Part shown: one piece after another, positions 26,601-38,870 of the stretch
How positions within the stretch are numbered: position 1 is the first letter of the stretch
How the letters are laid out: the number at the start of each line of letters is the position of its first letter
Assembly (NCBI GenBank): GCA_043228905.1
Contig: JBHGNT010000002.1
Span: 5,642,001-5,706,000 of the forward strand
DNA length: 64,000 nucleotides
Source: Azolla caroliniana
Taxonomy: Eukaryota > Plantae > Polypodiophyta
Reading direction: 5' to 3'
Program-made: the position numbers and the translations under genes
The notes under the pieces: generated by a model
The model's database searches: none
What the model was told of the DNA's origin: nothing
Seen by the model: only the letters and a program-made list of their open reading frames with translations

Positions 26601-27431
26601 GCTCGCGGCGAAAATCTTCTTCAGATTTTCCCACGCACCCTTCGGCGTCTTTGCATCCCGAACATAGCTCAATAGTTGTTCGCCCACACACGATGCAAAG
26701 CAGTATAATACCCTGCTCGCCGATTGCTCCCACGACGGGAAGTCTCTGTGTGTCGATTCGGGTGCCGCATGATTAGCTCCTTCGACATAACTCCAGTCGC
26801 CGTGCCCGAGCAGGTACTGGTGCATCTTGTAGGACCAAGACGCGTAGTTGGTTCTGTCGAGCTTCTATGTTGGAAGCGAGCTCGCCATGCCTCTATCCAT
26901 CGTTCTTCTTGTTCTTCTTCGTCAAACTGTGTCGGCTGCAGAGAGGTTCTCAACCCTCGCGCTCTAATACCATGTAAAAAGTAAAGTGCGGAAGCAAGTA
27001 TAAAGACGGAATAGAAGGAAGAAAACTCAGGTTTAATGGAGAGCTTGAGCTTACACAGTATACGCGGGAGAGACAGAGAGAGTGAGAGAGAGAGAAAACA
27101 CAAGAACTATATTCAACAACAATACTCAATCTCTATTCACCATACTATATACATATGTGTGTTCAATGAACACTTTTATACAAGTCCTAGAAGGACTGAC
27201 CGAAGTACTGACAGTACTTCAATGCTCATTAAGAGCTCCTACACTAACTCCCAAATATATTCCTCACGGAATATCTTTCCTAACGGCCTCCTGGTTTACG
27301 CACCGATCCGGCCCTACCTACGCACCGATCTGCGTACCGGTTTACGCATTCGGCCTAACCGATCGGTCCCAACCGATCCGGTCCTCGGCTTCTTCGGCCG
27401 ATCCGGCCGATGTTGAGCTTGTCTCTCAATA
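23691..27431 (-). mobile_element. Ty1/Copia element D, internally deleted and relatively young
   Basis: Near-identical LTRs 23691-24135 and 26973-27431; TSD AACTT; PBS TGGTATTAGAGC; gag, protease WYVDSGAS, integrase core 24867-25598, then a jump to the RNase H end (HYHFVRE). Confidence 0.93.
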
Positions 27432-27587
27432 AACTTTACATCCAGCTTTCCTTTACAATTCTCATCCCTATTTACAACATGCTAGCATATGTGTGTGGCC
27501 TTCACCCCTTTGCCACGTGCACATTGCACCTCTTGATTTCATTCGTTGCACACAATTTTCACACCGTTGTCGAAAATCTTCACAACA

Positions 27588-29470
27588 ACGTCGTGTACCC
27601 CGGATGTTGTGTCCTCGTTCATGAGGTGGACGGGTGTGTTTACTGCTTTTGCCTGGTAAGACTTTGGTAGGTTCTTTTCGTTCATCATCGTTCTTTCCAC
27701 CTCTAGTATGTGCCGATTCTTTTGTTCAACGACTCCATTATGTTGAGGTGTGTGTCAGCAGGTAAACTCCCGTCGAATTCCTTTTTTTCGGAGATATGCT
27801 GTAAATTTGTTTGAGAAATACTCTTTTCCACCATTTGATCGAAGACACCGGACATGCCAACTTGTTGCTTTTTCGACATCATTTTTAAAAGTTTGGAAGT
27901 GTCCGAACACTTCGCTCTTTTGTTGCATTGGGTAAATCTAGGTGTGCTTGGAGAAGTTGTCGATGAACGTTCGTTACATAGTATCGACATCTACCGAAAG
28001 TTGTTGTTTGGGTTGGTTCCCATACATTTGAATGTATTACATCCAAGACTAAGTCAGGAGTCTGATGACGACTCCTTTCGATTGCATGCCCTTGAGCTTC
28101 TAGAGATTGATGTGACCAATTCACTTGTGCTACAACTCTAAGTCGATGTCAGCTTTAGAACTTCTTGCAAACATGGCTGAATTTACCTTGTTCGACTCAA
28201 GGATGAACATTTGGCCTTCTCTTCGATTCCGAGCAATGAATCGACCTTTTTTCAATAAAGCACCCATCAAGATTGAATCGTATTTGCATGCCTTGTTCTA
28301 CAATCTGGCTGACCAAAACCATATTTTTTGTGATGGTCGAGACATACAATACGTTCTTGATGTAGTTTTGTTTCCCGTCATTCCCAAATGGGACATTGTC
28401 AACATGTTGATTGGGGTGAATTGTGTCGTCCATAGTTTCTACATAACCGAGTCTGTCGGGCTTTCATTATTCACGAAACCAATCTTCATGGGACGTCGTG
28501 TGATTGGACGCACTAGAATTGGCAAACTACACATCGTTTGAAGCGGGGGTGCTAGTCGGATTTAATGTCGACATTGAATGTGCTTTATGGCTCATCACGA
28601 ACATTCCGCCATACTCATCATAATAAGAATTTGTGGCATAGTTCATGAGTTGTCGGCTGGTCGAAGTCAACTCTTATTTCTTCTTTTGGCACTCCTCTTC
28701 GTAGTGGCTGAATTTTTCGTGATAGTACTTGCATTTGATCAGGCTATTTTGGTGACTTGGTCCGGCATGATGGCTCCCCCTTCTACCGAACTCCCTTGGG
28801 GTGTTTCGGGCCTCTTGTTGGCAGTAGATGTTGTGCTCTTGGGTCGGCCTACCATGCCGGCCTCGTCTGACTGGGAGTAGAGCACCTGACCATCTGGCGC
28901 ATTGCTCCTTGGTCGGACATGATTCTCTTCAACCAATAGGATTATTTGGAGATCGAAGGAGGGAGGATTCTCCCTTGCAAGGATGGCCAACGTTATTGTG
29001 CCGAACCGAGGTGCAAGGCCGCTGAGGCATATTTGCATGATTTCATCATCTTCAATGTTAACATTGATCGACCCGAGGGAGTCGCACAACTCCCTGATCT
29101 TCAAGGTGTAGAGGCCAATTGATATATCCCTCTGTTGGATACTATTCAACTCTTGACGGAGTTGAAGTTTTCGTGCAGTTGTGTTGACCGTGAATATCTT
29201 TTTGAGATTTCCCCATGCCTCCTTTGGCGTTTTGGTCTCTCGAATATAGCCAAGCATGTGATCATGGATGCATGATACAAGGCAATATAACACACGGTTT
29301 GCCACTTGCTCCCATGTTAGGTAGTCAGCATGTGTTGGGTTGGGTTGTGTTTCTTGCGCTCCATCGATGTAACACCAATAACCTTGGCCGACAAGATATT
29401 GGTGCATCTTGTATTCCCAATATGCAAAGGTCGACCTATCAAGTTTCATGGTAGGAAGAGCACTTCCCAT
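27588..29470 (-). pseudogene. Copia A gag / protease / integrase remnants
   Basis: MGSALPTMKLDRSTFAYWEYKMHQYL gag; TKNMVLVSQIVEQG; LDVIHSNVW integrase. Confidence 0.88.
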
Positions 29471-29981
29471 CTATGTGTTCATAATGTTGTTTTTCTTCTC
29501 TATTGTGGGCCGGTTTTGTTTGATCGTTGACGTTTATCACAACACAGTTGAGTGAGTTCTGATCAGACTACCACACGCTTTGATACCATGTAATGAAATG
29601 GAGAATGTGGGTGATCTTGTGTAGGACTGTGTGAGTAGACAAATAGAGAGAGGGAGAGAGAGAACTTAGAGACAGAGAACAAGAAGTTGTATATTGGCAA
29701 GAAGAGTAGTTACGACAAAAAATACATCCAACAACAACTTAGTCACAAAAGAGTTAGTTTAAATACCAACTAACTTAGGGCAACTGCCCTTTCTACTATT
29801 TACAAAACTAGCCTAAACCTAGATTGTTCGTTGCTCTTGTGAAAGCCATTGCATTGGGGAAGTTGTGTTTGATTCTTAACATGTTGGTATTGCTAAATAG
29901 TCACAAAACCATCTTTTACATTCAAGCTAAAGGAAACCTATGTTAAAATGGGAACAATCATTTTGAAATTGATTTGCAAAA

Positions 29982-31076
29982 GATGATGAATTTCTAAATA
30001 TGAGGAAGTGTGAAGCAAATATGTTGAATCACCATTGAAGTGGAATTGTACTGGTTTCTCAAGGAAATCTCATAAATTGTTTGAATTTGGAATTGAAAGA
30101 ATACATTCATTCCACTTCAATGGTGATTGTGAACAAGTCAGATTAGATGAGAATACATCTTATATAATAAAAACACACTTGCAATTACCAATAAGCATTG
30201 GATTGCTCTTATAGGTGTGCAACTCATACCGATAAAGATGATTAATGCTACTTATCGGCTACAATAAAGTTAGACGGATTGATGGGGGAGTTGGTAGCAA
30301 AAGCTAGACAATTGCTAGCAGCCCAACAGGAAAAGAAAAGAAAAGAAAAGGATTGATGTGGCAACAATCATTCGACCTCCCCATGCTATATGAGAGGATG
30401 CACCCCACACGCCACTTTCTTGCACCATATCAAGACAAAAAAGGTGGGCGAAATCTATCACTATGTGTGCCTTGAGATTGAAATGATTAGATGTAGGGTT
30501 TCAATTAAAGGAGTAACGTTATGTCTTGGAAATGTTCAAAGACACTATTTTGTGAGGGATATAAAATATGTAGTAAAATAGTATTGTTAGACTTTGGTTA
30601 CGAGCATGGGGAAGTATCATTTTGAAGTTTATATCTTGAAATGGGGATCAATGCCACGGGCCTTCCCTTTCAAGGAGGTGTGATTCATCTGCCCAGAAAC
30701 AACTCTCACTTTTGTATGCATAAGCAACATACATAAATATGTACATATATGTGTTCATAATTTCTTTCCTTGGGCTCTTAGTTCAAACCTTATTATTATC
30801 ATTCACTTAAATTGTTGGTTGCAGTATATAGAGGAGAGAATAAAAACATACGATCACTACACATCCCACAATTTCTCAATCCGTGATCACTATAAAATAT
30901 AATCCTAGGACCAAGATAAGGTCATGCCTGATGATGAATTTCTAAATATGAGGAAGTGTGAAGCAAATATGTTGAATCACCATTGAAGTGGAATTGTACT
31001 GGTTTCTCAAGGAAATCTCATAAATTGTTTGAATTTGGAATTGAAAGAATACATTCATTCCACTTCAATGGTGATT
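29982..31076. repeat. 147-bp direct repeat pair (29982-30128 and 30930-31076)
   Basis: GATGATGAATTTCTAAATATG...TCAATGGTGATT appears twice, apparently identical, about 800 bp apart. Confidence 0.9.
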
Positions 31077-31139
31077 TTGAAGGAATACGTTAGGTTGGTG
31101 TGTGTGTGTGTGTGTGTGTGGACTGATACTCCAAGCATA

Positions 31140-31304
31140 GGGGGCAGGGGAGGGCATCCGAGTAATTCTTCAAAAGTGGGCGAAATTACATGCTTTAGGG
31201 GCAGGGGAGGGCAGTCGAGTAATTCTTCAAAAGTGGGCGAAATTACATGCTTTAGGGGCAGGGGAGGGCAGTCGAGTAATTCTTCAAAAGTGGGCGAAAT
31301 TACA
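31140..31304. repeat. Tandem 57-bp repeat (~3 copies) in the proximal promoter region of the nuclease gene
   Basis: GGGGCAGGGGAGGGCA.TCGAGTAATTCTTCAAAAGTGGGCGAAATTACA units starting at 31141, 31198 and 31255. Confidence 0.92.
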
Positions 31305-31497
31305 CGCTACCTTTCTCCTTCCTCTCTCTGCAGAAAAATGAATTCAATTTCAACACAGGGGAGAGAGATTCGAATCTGTGTCTGCGTGTTTTTTGCCTGT
31401 TTTGAGAGAACCCATGAATTGGGGTGAACTTGTACGCAACAAGAATACGCATCCTCCTGCACCTTGAGAGATACTCCTGATCTGTGGAAGAGAAACG

Positions 31498-33640
31498 ATG
31501 GGCAACATTCTGGTGAAGATCTGCAGCTCCGTGTTCCCCTGCGGTGGTGATGGTGGTGGCACAGAGGAGAAATTTTCAGCTCTTTCTCGGCACCTCTCCG
31601 AATTCGAACAAACGGGTCAGGTATGTTAAATTCACATTGAATTTGTTAAGCATGAGAGCTTATATTTATGTAGAAAATCTTCACATTTGACACTGATCTG
31701 TAAACAAACGAAGAAAACCTGAAGGTTCCAGATGAGTTGGATGGGTTTGTTCAATCCTCTAGAGCAGCACAAAGGAATTGGTACGTTTCGAAGATACTGT
31801 ACCTTAAAGATATTCAGAATTAGAGATTTTAAGCTATGAATCTTAAAAAATCCTAGTCATTTGTTTGATTTCATTGCCCATTTGAATCCTGTCATGGAAA
31901 TGGCATCTATATTATGCATTAACTGCTGGCTGGCCTGCATAGGTATGGTAAGCTTCTTGCAGCATGGAAAGCGAGCCCATCTCCCCCGATAAAAGGTGAA
32001 GAAATCTCTCAATTTGTGATTCAAACTCTCCGAGGCCATAAAAAAGTCGATGTTGAGGTAACATGCAGGATCATGAGGCTTCATCAATACATTCGTTTAG
32101 TTCCGAAACATTTCTCCTTTTTCTCATCAGAGAAAATGTTTTGTAACTTTTCAGGGTCTTCTATCTTTCTATGGCCTATCATCATCTTCATCATCAGCTT
32201 TAGAAATTCCCTCTGCCCAAAAGATCACCACCGAGAATTGGCCCCATGGAGTACAATATGAATTATGCACTCTTCCTGTATGCCTTCAAATTAAAATCTC
32301 TTCTTATCTTAAGAATAACTTGCACACCATTAACACCCTTGTGCATCCATAGGAGCATTTTTTCTCCTGCTTATAATGTGCTTACCTATTACCACGTTCT
32401 ATTTTTAAATGTGGTGATTATGAGAAGGTGGAGGGAAATGGTGCTACTGATGGTGATACCCTTACAGTCTTGGTGGATGTAAGAAATAATGCAAGGGAAT
32501 CGGCAACAATACCGTTACCTGTTCAAGAGGCATTATCAAAGTGGCGAATAGCTCAACAACGACATGATGATAGAACAGTGAAAGCAATACAAAAAGAGAT
32601 CCAAAAAGCAGGATACAAGTATTGGCTTATCTTTCATCGAGCACATTAAAATGTACAATGTCAGCTGAGGATTCTGTAAAATTAATTGATTATCATACTT
32701 AAACTTTGGTATTATTAGGCTCTTGGATTCGAACAACACCAAGGGATATATTGCTCATCAATATAAGGTTAGGCTGAGGTTAGCACTCTAAACTGATATC
32801 ATGATAAAGAATTTATCAATAAAGATTTGGTTGAAAAAAACTTCATTTTGATGGTGAAGAGGGATAGATGCGCCAGAGCGTAGCATGCCCTTTGGTCCAG
32901 AAGCAAAAGCTATGCTTCAAAGCTTGGTGGAAAAACAGCCATTACGTCTTCTCGTATACACTGTGGATATGTATGGTCGTCTTGTAGCTGATGTCCATTG
33001 CAAGAAGGGATTTGTACAGGTTAGAAATGCACTTTTATGAAGACCTTCATTTTGTTTGTTTTATCTTCGATCGGCAATAGAGTCTGGATGGCTGTTTTGA
33101 GATAATGTTGAACACTTACTACGGTTGCGATGTGTCAATACTGTTTTAGGAAATTCTGTTGAAGAATGGAGCATGCTGGCATTATGATGCTTATGATAAA
33201 CGAGAAGACCTTGCCAAGGTACCTTGTTTTTGATGCTGATGCTACTATGTTGTGATTCATAAAGGGATTTCTAGGTGAAGATGTGTACCAACAAAAAATA
33301 GGAATTTTCATGTCATAGTGTGAATGGGGTAGTACATGCATGAAAAGGTTTTATGTTTGTCTATGGCCTTCAATTGTGCCCTATTGAAGGTTGTTTATAT
33401 TCATTAGTGGCATGAAATGGCTTAAATAATCCTGATTCCTGGCTCAACTCAAAAATCAGTATATGAGTATTTGTTGCAAGGTCTCTTGGTTTATTTTTGT
33501 TTCAGGAGTTCGTTGATATTGTTAATCATACAGATAACAATTGAGTAGTCATGCTGAAGTTGGGTTGAAAGGATCATTTTGTATTGCATCTACACGTACA
33601 TGCGTGCATATATCTATTGACATATGTGTGTGTGTTTTTC

Positions 33641-33682
<42 letters not shown>

Positions 33683-33808
33683 AAATATGATGTTTATCTT
33701 GTATGATAGTGGGAAGAAGAAGCGCGTTTGAAAGGATTGGGACTTTGGGAAATGCCAAATCCTCAAAAACCTTGGGAGTATCGGAAAGAAAACAAATGTA
33801 AATTATAA
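31498..33808 (+). CDS. CAN1/CAN2: Ca2+-dependent staphylococcal-like (SNase) nuclease, plant CAN family, 331 aa, 9 exons
   Basis: Exons 31498-31620, 31725-31780, 31943-32057, 32155-32277, 32428-32618, 32719-32778, 32860-33019, 33150-33218, 33710-33808 with GT-AG introns give an open frame; N-terminal MGNILVKIC (myristoyl/palmitoyl-type), DGDT, VRLRGIDAPE, DMYGR, GLW..PNPQKPWEYRK; symbol denotes family homology, not orthology. Confidence 0.93.
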
Positions 33809-34590
33809 GTGCTACCAACTAGCAACAACAAATTCTTAACCCTATTTAGAACATATTGATGATAGTATATTTTAATAATGCATTCATTTGAACTTGTGGA
33901 ATTTGACGTTGATCCCTATTTATTCAGAAAATTGAATTGTTTGTAATTTTATGTAGCAACTTCAAGAATTCAGCCCTGCCTATAAGACTGATAACACCTC
34001 TCATATGAAAAATCCTTGTGGGAATTCCATACAAATCAGATTTGAAGCAAATGAGGAAGTTAATAACTATCAAATTCTTAACAGGATTTTAAGCATCAAT
34101 GTAAACAACATAGGGAGGTTCTCACTTTTGAGTTTTTAAACATATTAGGTGAAAATGGTTGCTTGCTTATACTATCGATGATATGGCATATGAACACTTG
34201 ATTGCTTAAAAGCTTTGCTTATCTAGCATTGTTCACAACATGACCAACTCACAAATTGCTATAAAAATCTTCAGCATCCTTTCTAGAGTTAAAGAAAATG
34301 GAGATGTTTAGTCAAATATATTGAAAAGAGAAGCTTGAAATTCTTGCATGATCAGTTTTGGTGGCGACAATGGAACGGATCTTACTTAACCCACAATGGA
34401 ACCAAAGAAAAGATGATCAGTATTTTAACAATACTATTTAATGGTCCATTCACCTTTGCTATATCATATAAAGAGTTGCTTACAACTTCAACCAGCTTCC
34501 AAATTCAAGAGAGTATAAGGAAATGAACTCCTTGGAAAATGGTTGACAACAACACATTTAAATTTTGGGATCCTTGCTAAACTTTGAAGT

Positions 34591-34845
34591 TCAAGAATTA
34601 TAAGGAACTTTGAGGTCATAGGTAATTCACCTTCCTCAAATGTACCAATTCTATGCTTATCACGGGTGCCTTTTTAACATTGATCTTGATCTAGTTGGAC
34701 ATCATAATCATAACATACGAGTCCAAGAATGATAATGAACTTTGAGATCATAGATGGTTCACCTTCCTTAAAGGCAACAATCCTATGCTTCTCTTAGGTG
34801 CTGTTTTTACATCGATCTTGATCTAGGTGGACATTGGGATGACAA
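34591..34845. repeat. Degenerate ~132-bp tandem duplication
   Basis: GAACTTTGAG.TCATAG...TTCACCTTCCT...GATCTTGATCTAG.TGGACAT present twice. Confidence 0.7.
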
Positions 34846-35399
34846 CTTACGAACTTCAATGACTTTCCCAATGTTTTGGAAATTTCCTTTTCCCACTCTA
34901 TGCTATTAGTGATTGAGGTTGGAAATGATCCACCCAATTCATTTGCTTTGCATGAACATTGTAAGACATATTTTGCATTGTTATATATGACTATAGTAGG
35001 GACAAATAATCCTCCTAGTTCATTTGTTTGGCATTAACCTATGAATGCACTATGTATATATATTCTAATGCATGGTTAACGCACTTAGCAAATTCTTGCC
35101 TAATGGTTTGAAACCTCAACGAAAATGACTTGTAAACTTCGAAGATAATTAGCAACGAGTGTGAGAAATTGTACAAATGTTACAATTGTCCACAAAATAC
35201 ATGCCATTGATATGTAAGTATGATTTTTGTGACAATAAAGTTACTGATAAGTTTATTCACTACTAATAAACTAAAGTCATGACATGTGTGGGTTGTAACC
35301 ATAGATTGACCAATGCGTGATATTTGTGGTATTCTCCATCCGTAATATTTGAGAATACAAAATGACCCCAAGAATATTACAGAACCATTCATTTATTAT

Positions 35400-36870
35400 T
35401 TATTATTTAAAAAAACAAATATTTTTGAATCAATTGTAAAAATATTATTAGTGTGAGGTCCCCTTTTTAATGTCAGATAAAAATATCAAATTTTGTGGGA
35501 GAGTAAAAAGTAGGGGATTAATGAACCTTTTATTTATTATTTATATTTATATTTTTTTTCCAAAAAAAACTCCTTCCATTAGTTATAAAGATTTTACAGA
35601 TGAGATTATTATATACAAATCCCTATATGGACACGATAGGTCCATCTTATGTGGATGCTCACTGCCTCAAGAAAGGGAGAGGACGACCATGTTGGATAAA
35701 GGCTAGTCGTTGTCTTTCAACTCTATCGGAGTCGCCCTTGAGGCCATCATATTGGCTCTTTAGAGTGGCTACAGCTTCACTCCATATCTCTTGCGTTAAC
35801 ATTATTGGTTGCACGCTTTGGTTGGAGAAGACCCGTCTACACCGTTGTTTCCATAAAATCCAAAGAGTTATTGGGCTGACCAAGTCCAACATATCTTGAG
35901 ATTTGGCACTAATAGGAGTTGAGTGGACATTGCCGATTTGTGGAGAAAAAAACCTCTTGTGCTTTTATAACCAAAGTCATCCCCTCTTCCTGATGCTCAT
36001 ATCTGTCAACTGGGGCCTGCCATGATAGCCAACATACATTCTCCCACTTGATTGAGCCTTGCACCTGGCGTAATTGCAATAAATGGCCAACCCCTTGCCA
36101 TATTCGATGGGACTCTGGGCAATCCCATAGAGCGTGTCATATTGATTCTACTACAATTGGACACACTACACAATTAGGAGAGCTGAGGTTCCCACGCTGC
36201 CATACACCAACCGGTAGTGACCTATGTATTAATAGCCATTGGAAAGTGGTGATTCGCCTCGCGTGTTGTTGTTTCTAGAGTTTCTGCCAAAACTTGGTGA
36301 TAATAGTGTAAGGAACATGATATGTTTTCCAGACCTTTGCAGCAGCCGGATCTCGAGCAGATTGAGCGGCTATAATATGACGACCCAATCTAGTTGTGAA
36401 TTGAAAGAAAGGGATAGGTTTGCTTCCTTGACCTGCGTAAGGATCACACCATGTCCATTGCAAAGGGTCCCAACTGTATTTATATTAAAAATAAAATAAA
36501 TACTTATAAGTTTTACATTAATTATAAAAATATTATTAGTGTGAGGTTCCATTTTTAATGTAAGATAAAAATATCAAATTTTGTGGGAGAGTAAAAGGTG
36601 GGAAATCAATGAACTTTTTATTTATTTATTGTTTTATGAAAAAATAAAACAAATACTTTTAAGTTTTATATCTATTATAAAAATATTATTAGTGTGAGGT
36701 TCCTTTTTTAATGACAAATAAAAATATCAAACTTTGTGGGAGAGTAAAAAGTGGGGAATTAATGAACCTTTTATTTTTTTAATTTTTTTATTAAAAATAA
36801 AACAAATACTTTTAAGTTTTACATCCATTATAAACATATTATTAGTCTAAGTCTACTTTTTCATGTGAAG
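35400..36870. repeat. AT-rich ~150-bp tandem array interrupted by a LINE
   Basis: AAAATATTATTAGTGTGAGGT...TTTGTGGGAGAGTAAAA...AATGAAC repeated 3+ times. Confidence 0.8.
35554..36476 (-). mobile_element. 5'-truncated L1-type LINE (ORF2 C-terminal zf-RVT region)
   Basis: WLLIHRSLPVG...C..C...ES..HALWDC...IW and LWILWKQRCRRVF motifs; A-rich tail; low-complexity TSD TATTTATATT (35544-35553, 36477-36486). Confidence 0.85.
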
Positions 36871-36942
36871 TAAAATATCCTCTTTTTATTGTCAAAGTCC
36901 TCTTTGTTATATGATATATGATATAATCATATATCTAAGAAA

Positions 36943-38870
36943 CTAAAAAGTAAGGACTTTATGAACTCTTTTTTTCAACGAATATTTTTTCATGCATTCG
37001 TATACGCGTATGGATTCGTTTGGTAACCTCCACGAATGCGAATATGTCAATTTATGGCTGTAACAATAAAACCACCCACCAAAATACTCTAGTAGTGTGC
37101 ATTGGAAATTCACAATGCTTGTAACCAACCAACTACTCGAGTTAAACAATATTCACTTGACAAATAGAAGATTGAAGCACATACTTATAAATAAATGATG
37201 CAGGTAATGATGCCATTCTTGAAGACCATGGATGATTGTGAATAATCCTCACTATTGTGTATATATTGTCCATACACCGTACCCTCTCTTGGAAGTGACT
37301 CTTATGTAACATACCTTCACACTTTCTCTCTCATTTGATTGACTTTAACAAAATTGTTCATATCATGCTTTTGCACGTACACATTCTCAACCATTGTATC
37401 CACAATTAAGGTATTGTATTTTGGCCACAACGCTCAAAAATCAGAAAGTTGCTTGAACCTTACAATATCCTTTAGCTCACAAATTTTCCCTTGTCCATTG
37501 ACCCTTAAAATGGTGTTTCCATCTTGGGAATATACTCTCCACACACTTCCAGACTTCATCATGTGGTTTATCACTCCAAATAAACAAATCAAACCATTGC
37601 ACAACCCATGAAAGAAATTGATTCACGTCTCTCCTTGCTGTCATGAATCGCACACTCATGAGTACTTTATCAAGCTCCAAAATCAAAACTCTTTTTTTCT
37701 TCTTCTAACGGTTTTTGGTTTCCATTCCTACAAGTCAGCCTCTGTTACACCAACCTTAGGTAGCACTCGATCAATTTCAATCAGCTCAGGTTCTGTTGGT
37801 AAAATTGGTGTCCTTTTCCTCTTGACACCCCTGGTTGGTTGTGTCTTTGGGTCTAGCTTCACCCAGTTTGGCTCTAGCACAATCAAGGCCCTTTGCTTGC
37901 ATTTTGTTTCTTGGCTTGGCGTCACCTCTGTGCTTGTAGAGATGTCTGCGGTCGAGATGGGCCCAATTGTATCGGTTGTTGCATCTACCTACAAAATCAG
38001 ATCATCTGTGCAACATGCTTGATCTACTTTATTGACCAGATCATCTGTGTCAATTGCTACATCTACTCTCAAGATGGGCCCCTCAAAACACGCAACAACA
38101 TCATCAGTTTCCATACTACCATTGGCCTTTGCTACAAGAGATTTCTAGCCTTTAGTCTCTGCAACATCAGAAAAAACCAGCATATTCACTCTCACAAAGT
38201 AGCTAATAGTCTTACAAAACAAAATTATGAACATAAAATTTTTAGCAACAAAAACATATCCTTATCTCAATATTCATCATAGAGTTCCATTACATGATGG
38301 GGATCAAGCAACAACCAAAAATGGTTTTACTTGTCCATACATCACTCATATATTAATTTTCGCGAGAAAAAATAGTTGCATATCTATTCCACTAAACATT
38401 GTGTCCCTAGCCCCTTGACCGAGTAATTGGTCTTGTCCTCGATTGAGCACCCTTCTTCAGTCTTTTCCTAGATGGTTGCCCATTTTGCCTTGCTTCTTTC
38501 ACCCATTGAGCATGTGTGTCCTCCTCCCACAACCTATCCATCGCCTCCTCCAATCGCGCGTTAGCAGCTTCTTGCGCTAGTTGATCAAGAAGAGTGGGAT
38601 CTGCTGCGACATCATCATGTTTTGGGCTTGGTGGGGTTTATTCAAGGTTCTAGGACACGAAGAATTGTTGCATCAAGTGTTCAAAAACACTATGATTATG
38701 CACCTTAGATTTAATACATGCTAGGTTGCCAATTTCATTATTTTTCACAGACTTGCCCAATTCACTACAATCTTCCACAAGAATAGGGTGACTTGGATCT
38801 GAAGGAGATTTTTGGGCATGACTCTTACTCTCAGCTACATTGCCAAATAGCTCCTCATCTGTTGTAGCGT
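36943..38870 (-). pseudogene. 3' part of a decayed spliced gene P of unknown family, probably transposon-borne
   Basis: Broken minus-strand frames (TQPTRGVKRKRTP; FIWSDKPHDEVWKC); joins in frame to 55494-55542 across the inversion. Confidence 0.55.

Larger units (their letters stand above)
5232..27587 (-). mobile_element. Non-autonomous Gag-only Gypsy-type LTR element B
   Basis: 3' LTR 5232-17914 (split by C, outer ~22 bp deleted); 5' LTR 23107-27587 (split by D); PBS TGGTGAACTCGACGTGAA (tRNA-Trp-like) at ~23082-23099; PPT 17915-17930; degenerate Gag 22077-23060 plus acidic tail; no pol. Confidence 0.85.
2626..29881 (-). mobile_element. Ty1/Copia LTR retrotransposon A (outermost element of left nest)
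   Basis: LTRs 2626-2936 and 29589-29881 (TG..CA); 5-bp TSD TGTTG at 2621-2625 and 29882-29886; tRNA-iMet-type PBS (TGGTATCA on minus, 29581-29588); PPT at ~2937-2946. Confidence 0.93.

Noticed and set aside
31029-31427. 132-aa ORF with GRGGQSSNSSKVGEIT repeats
   Set aside because: Translation of the TG microsatellite and the 57-bp (19-codon) tandem repeat
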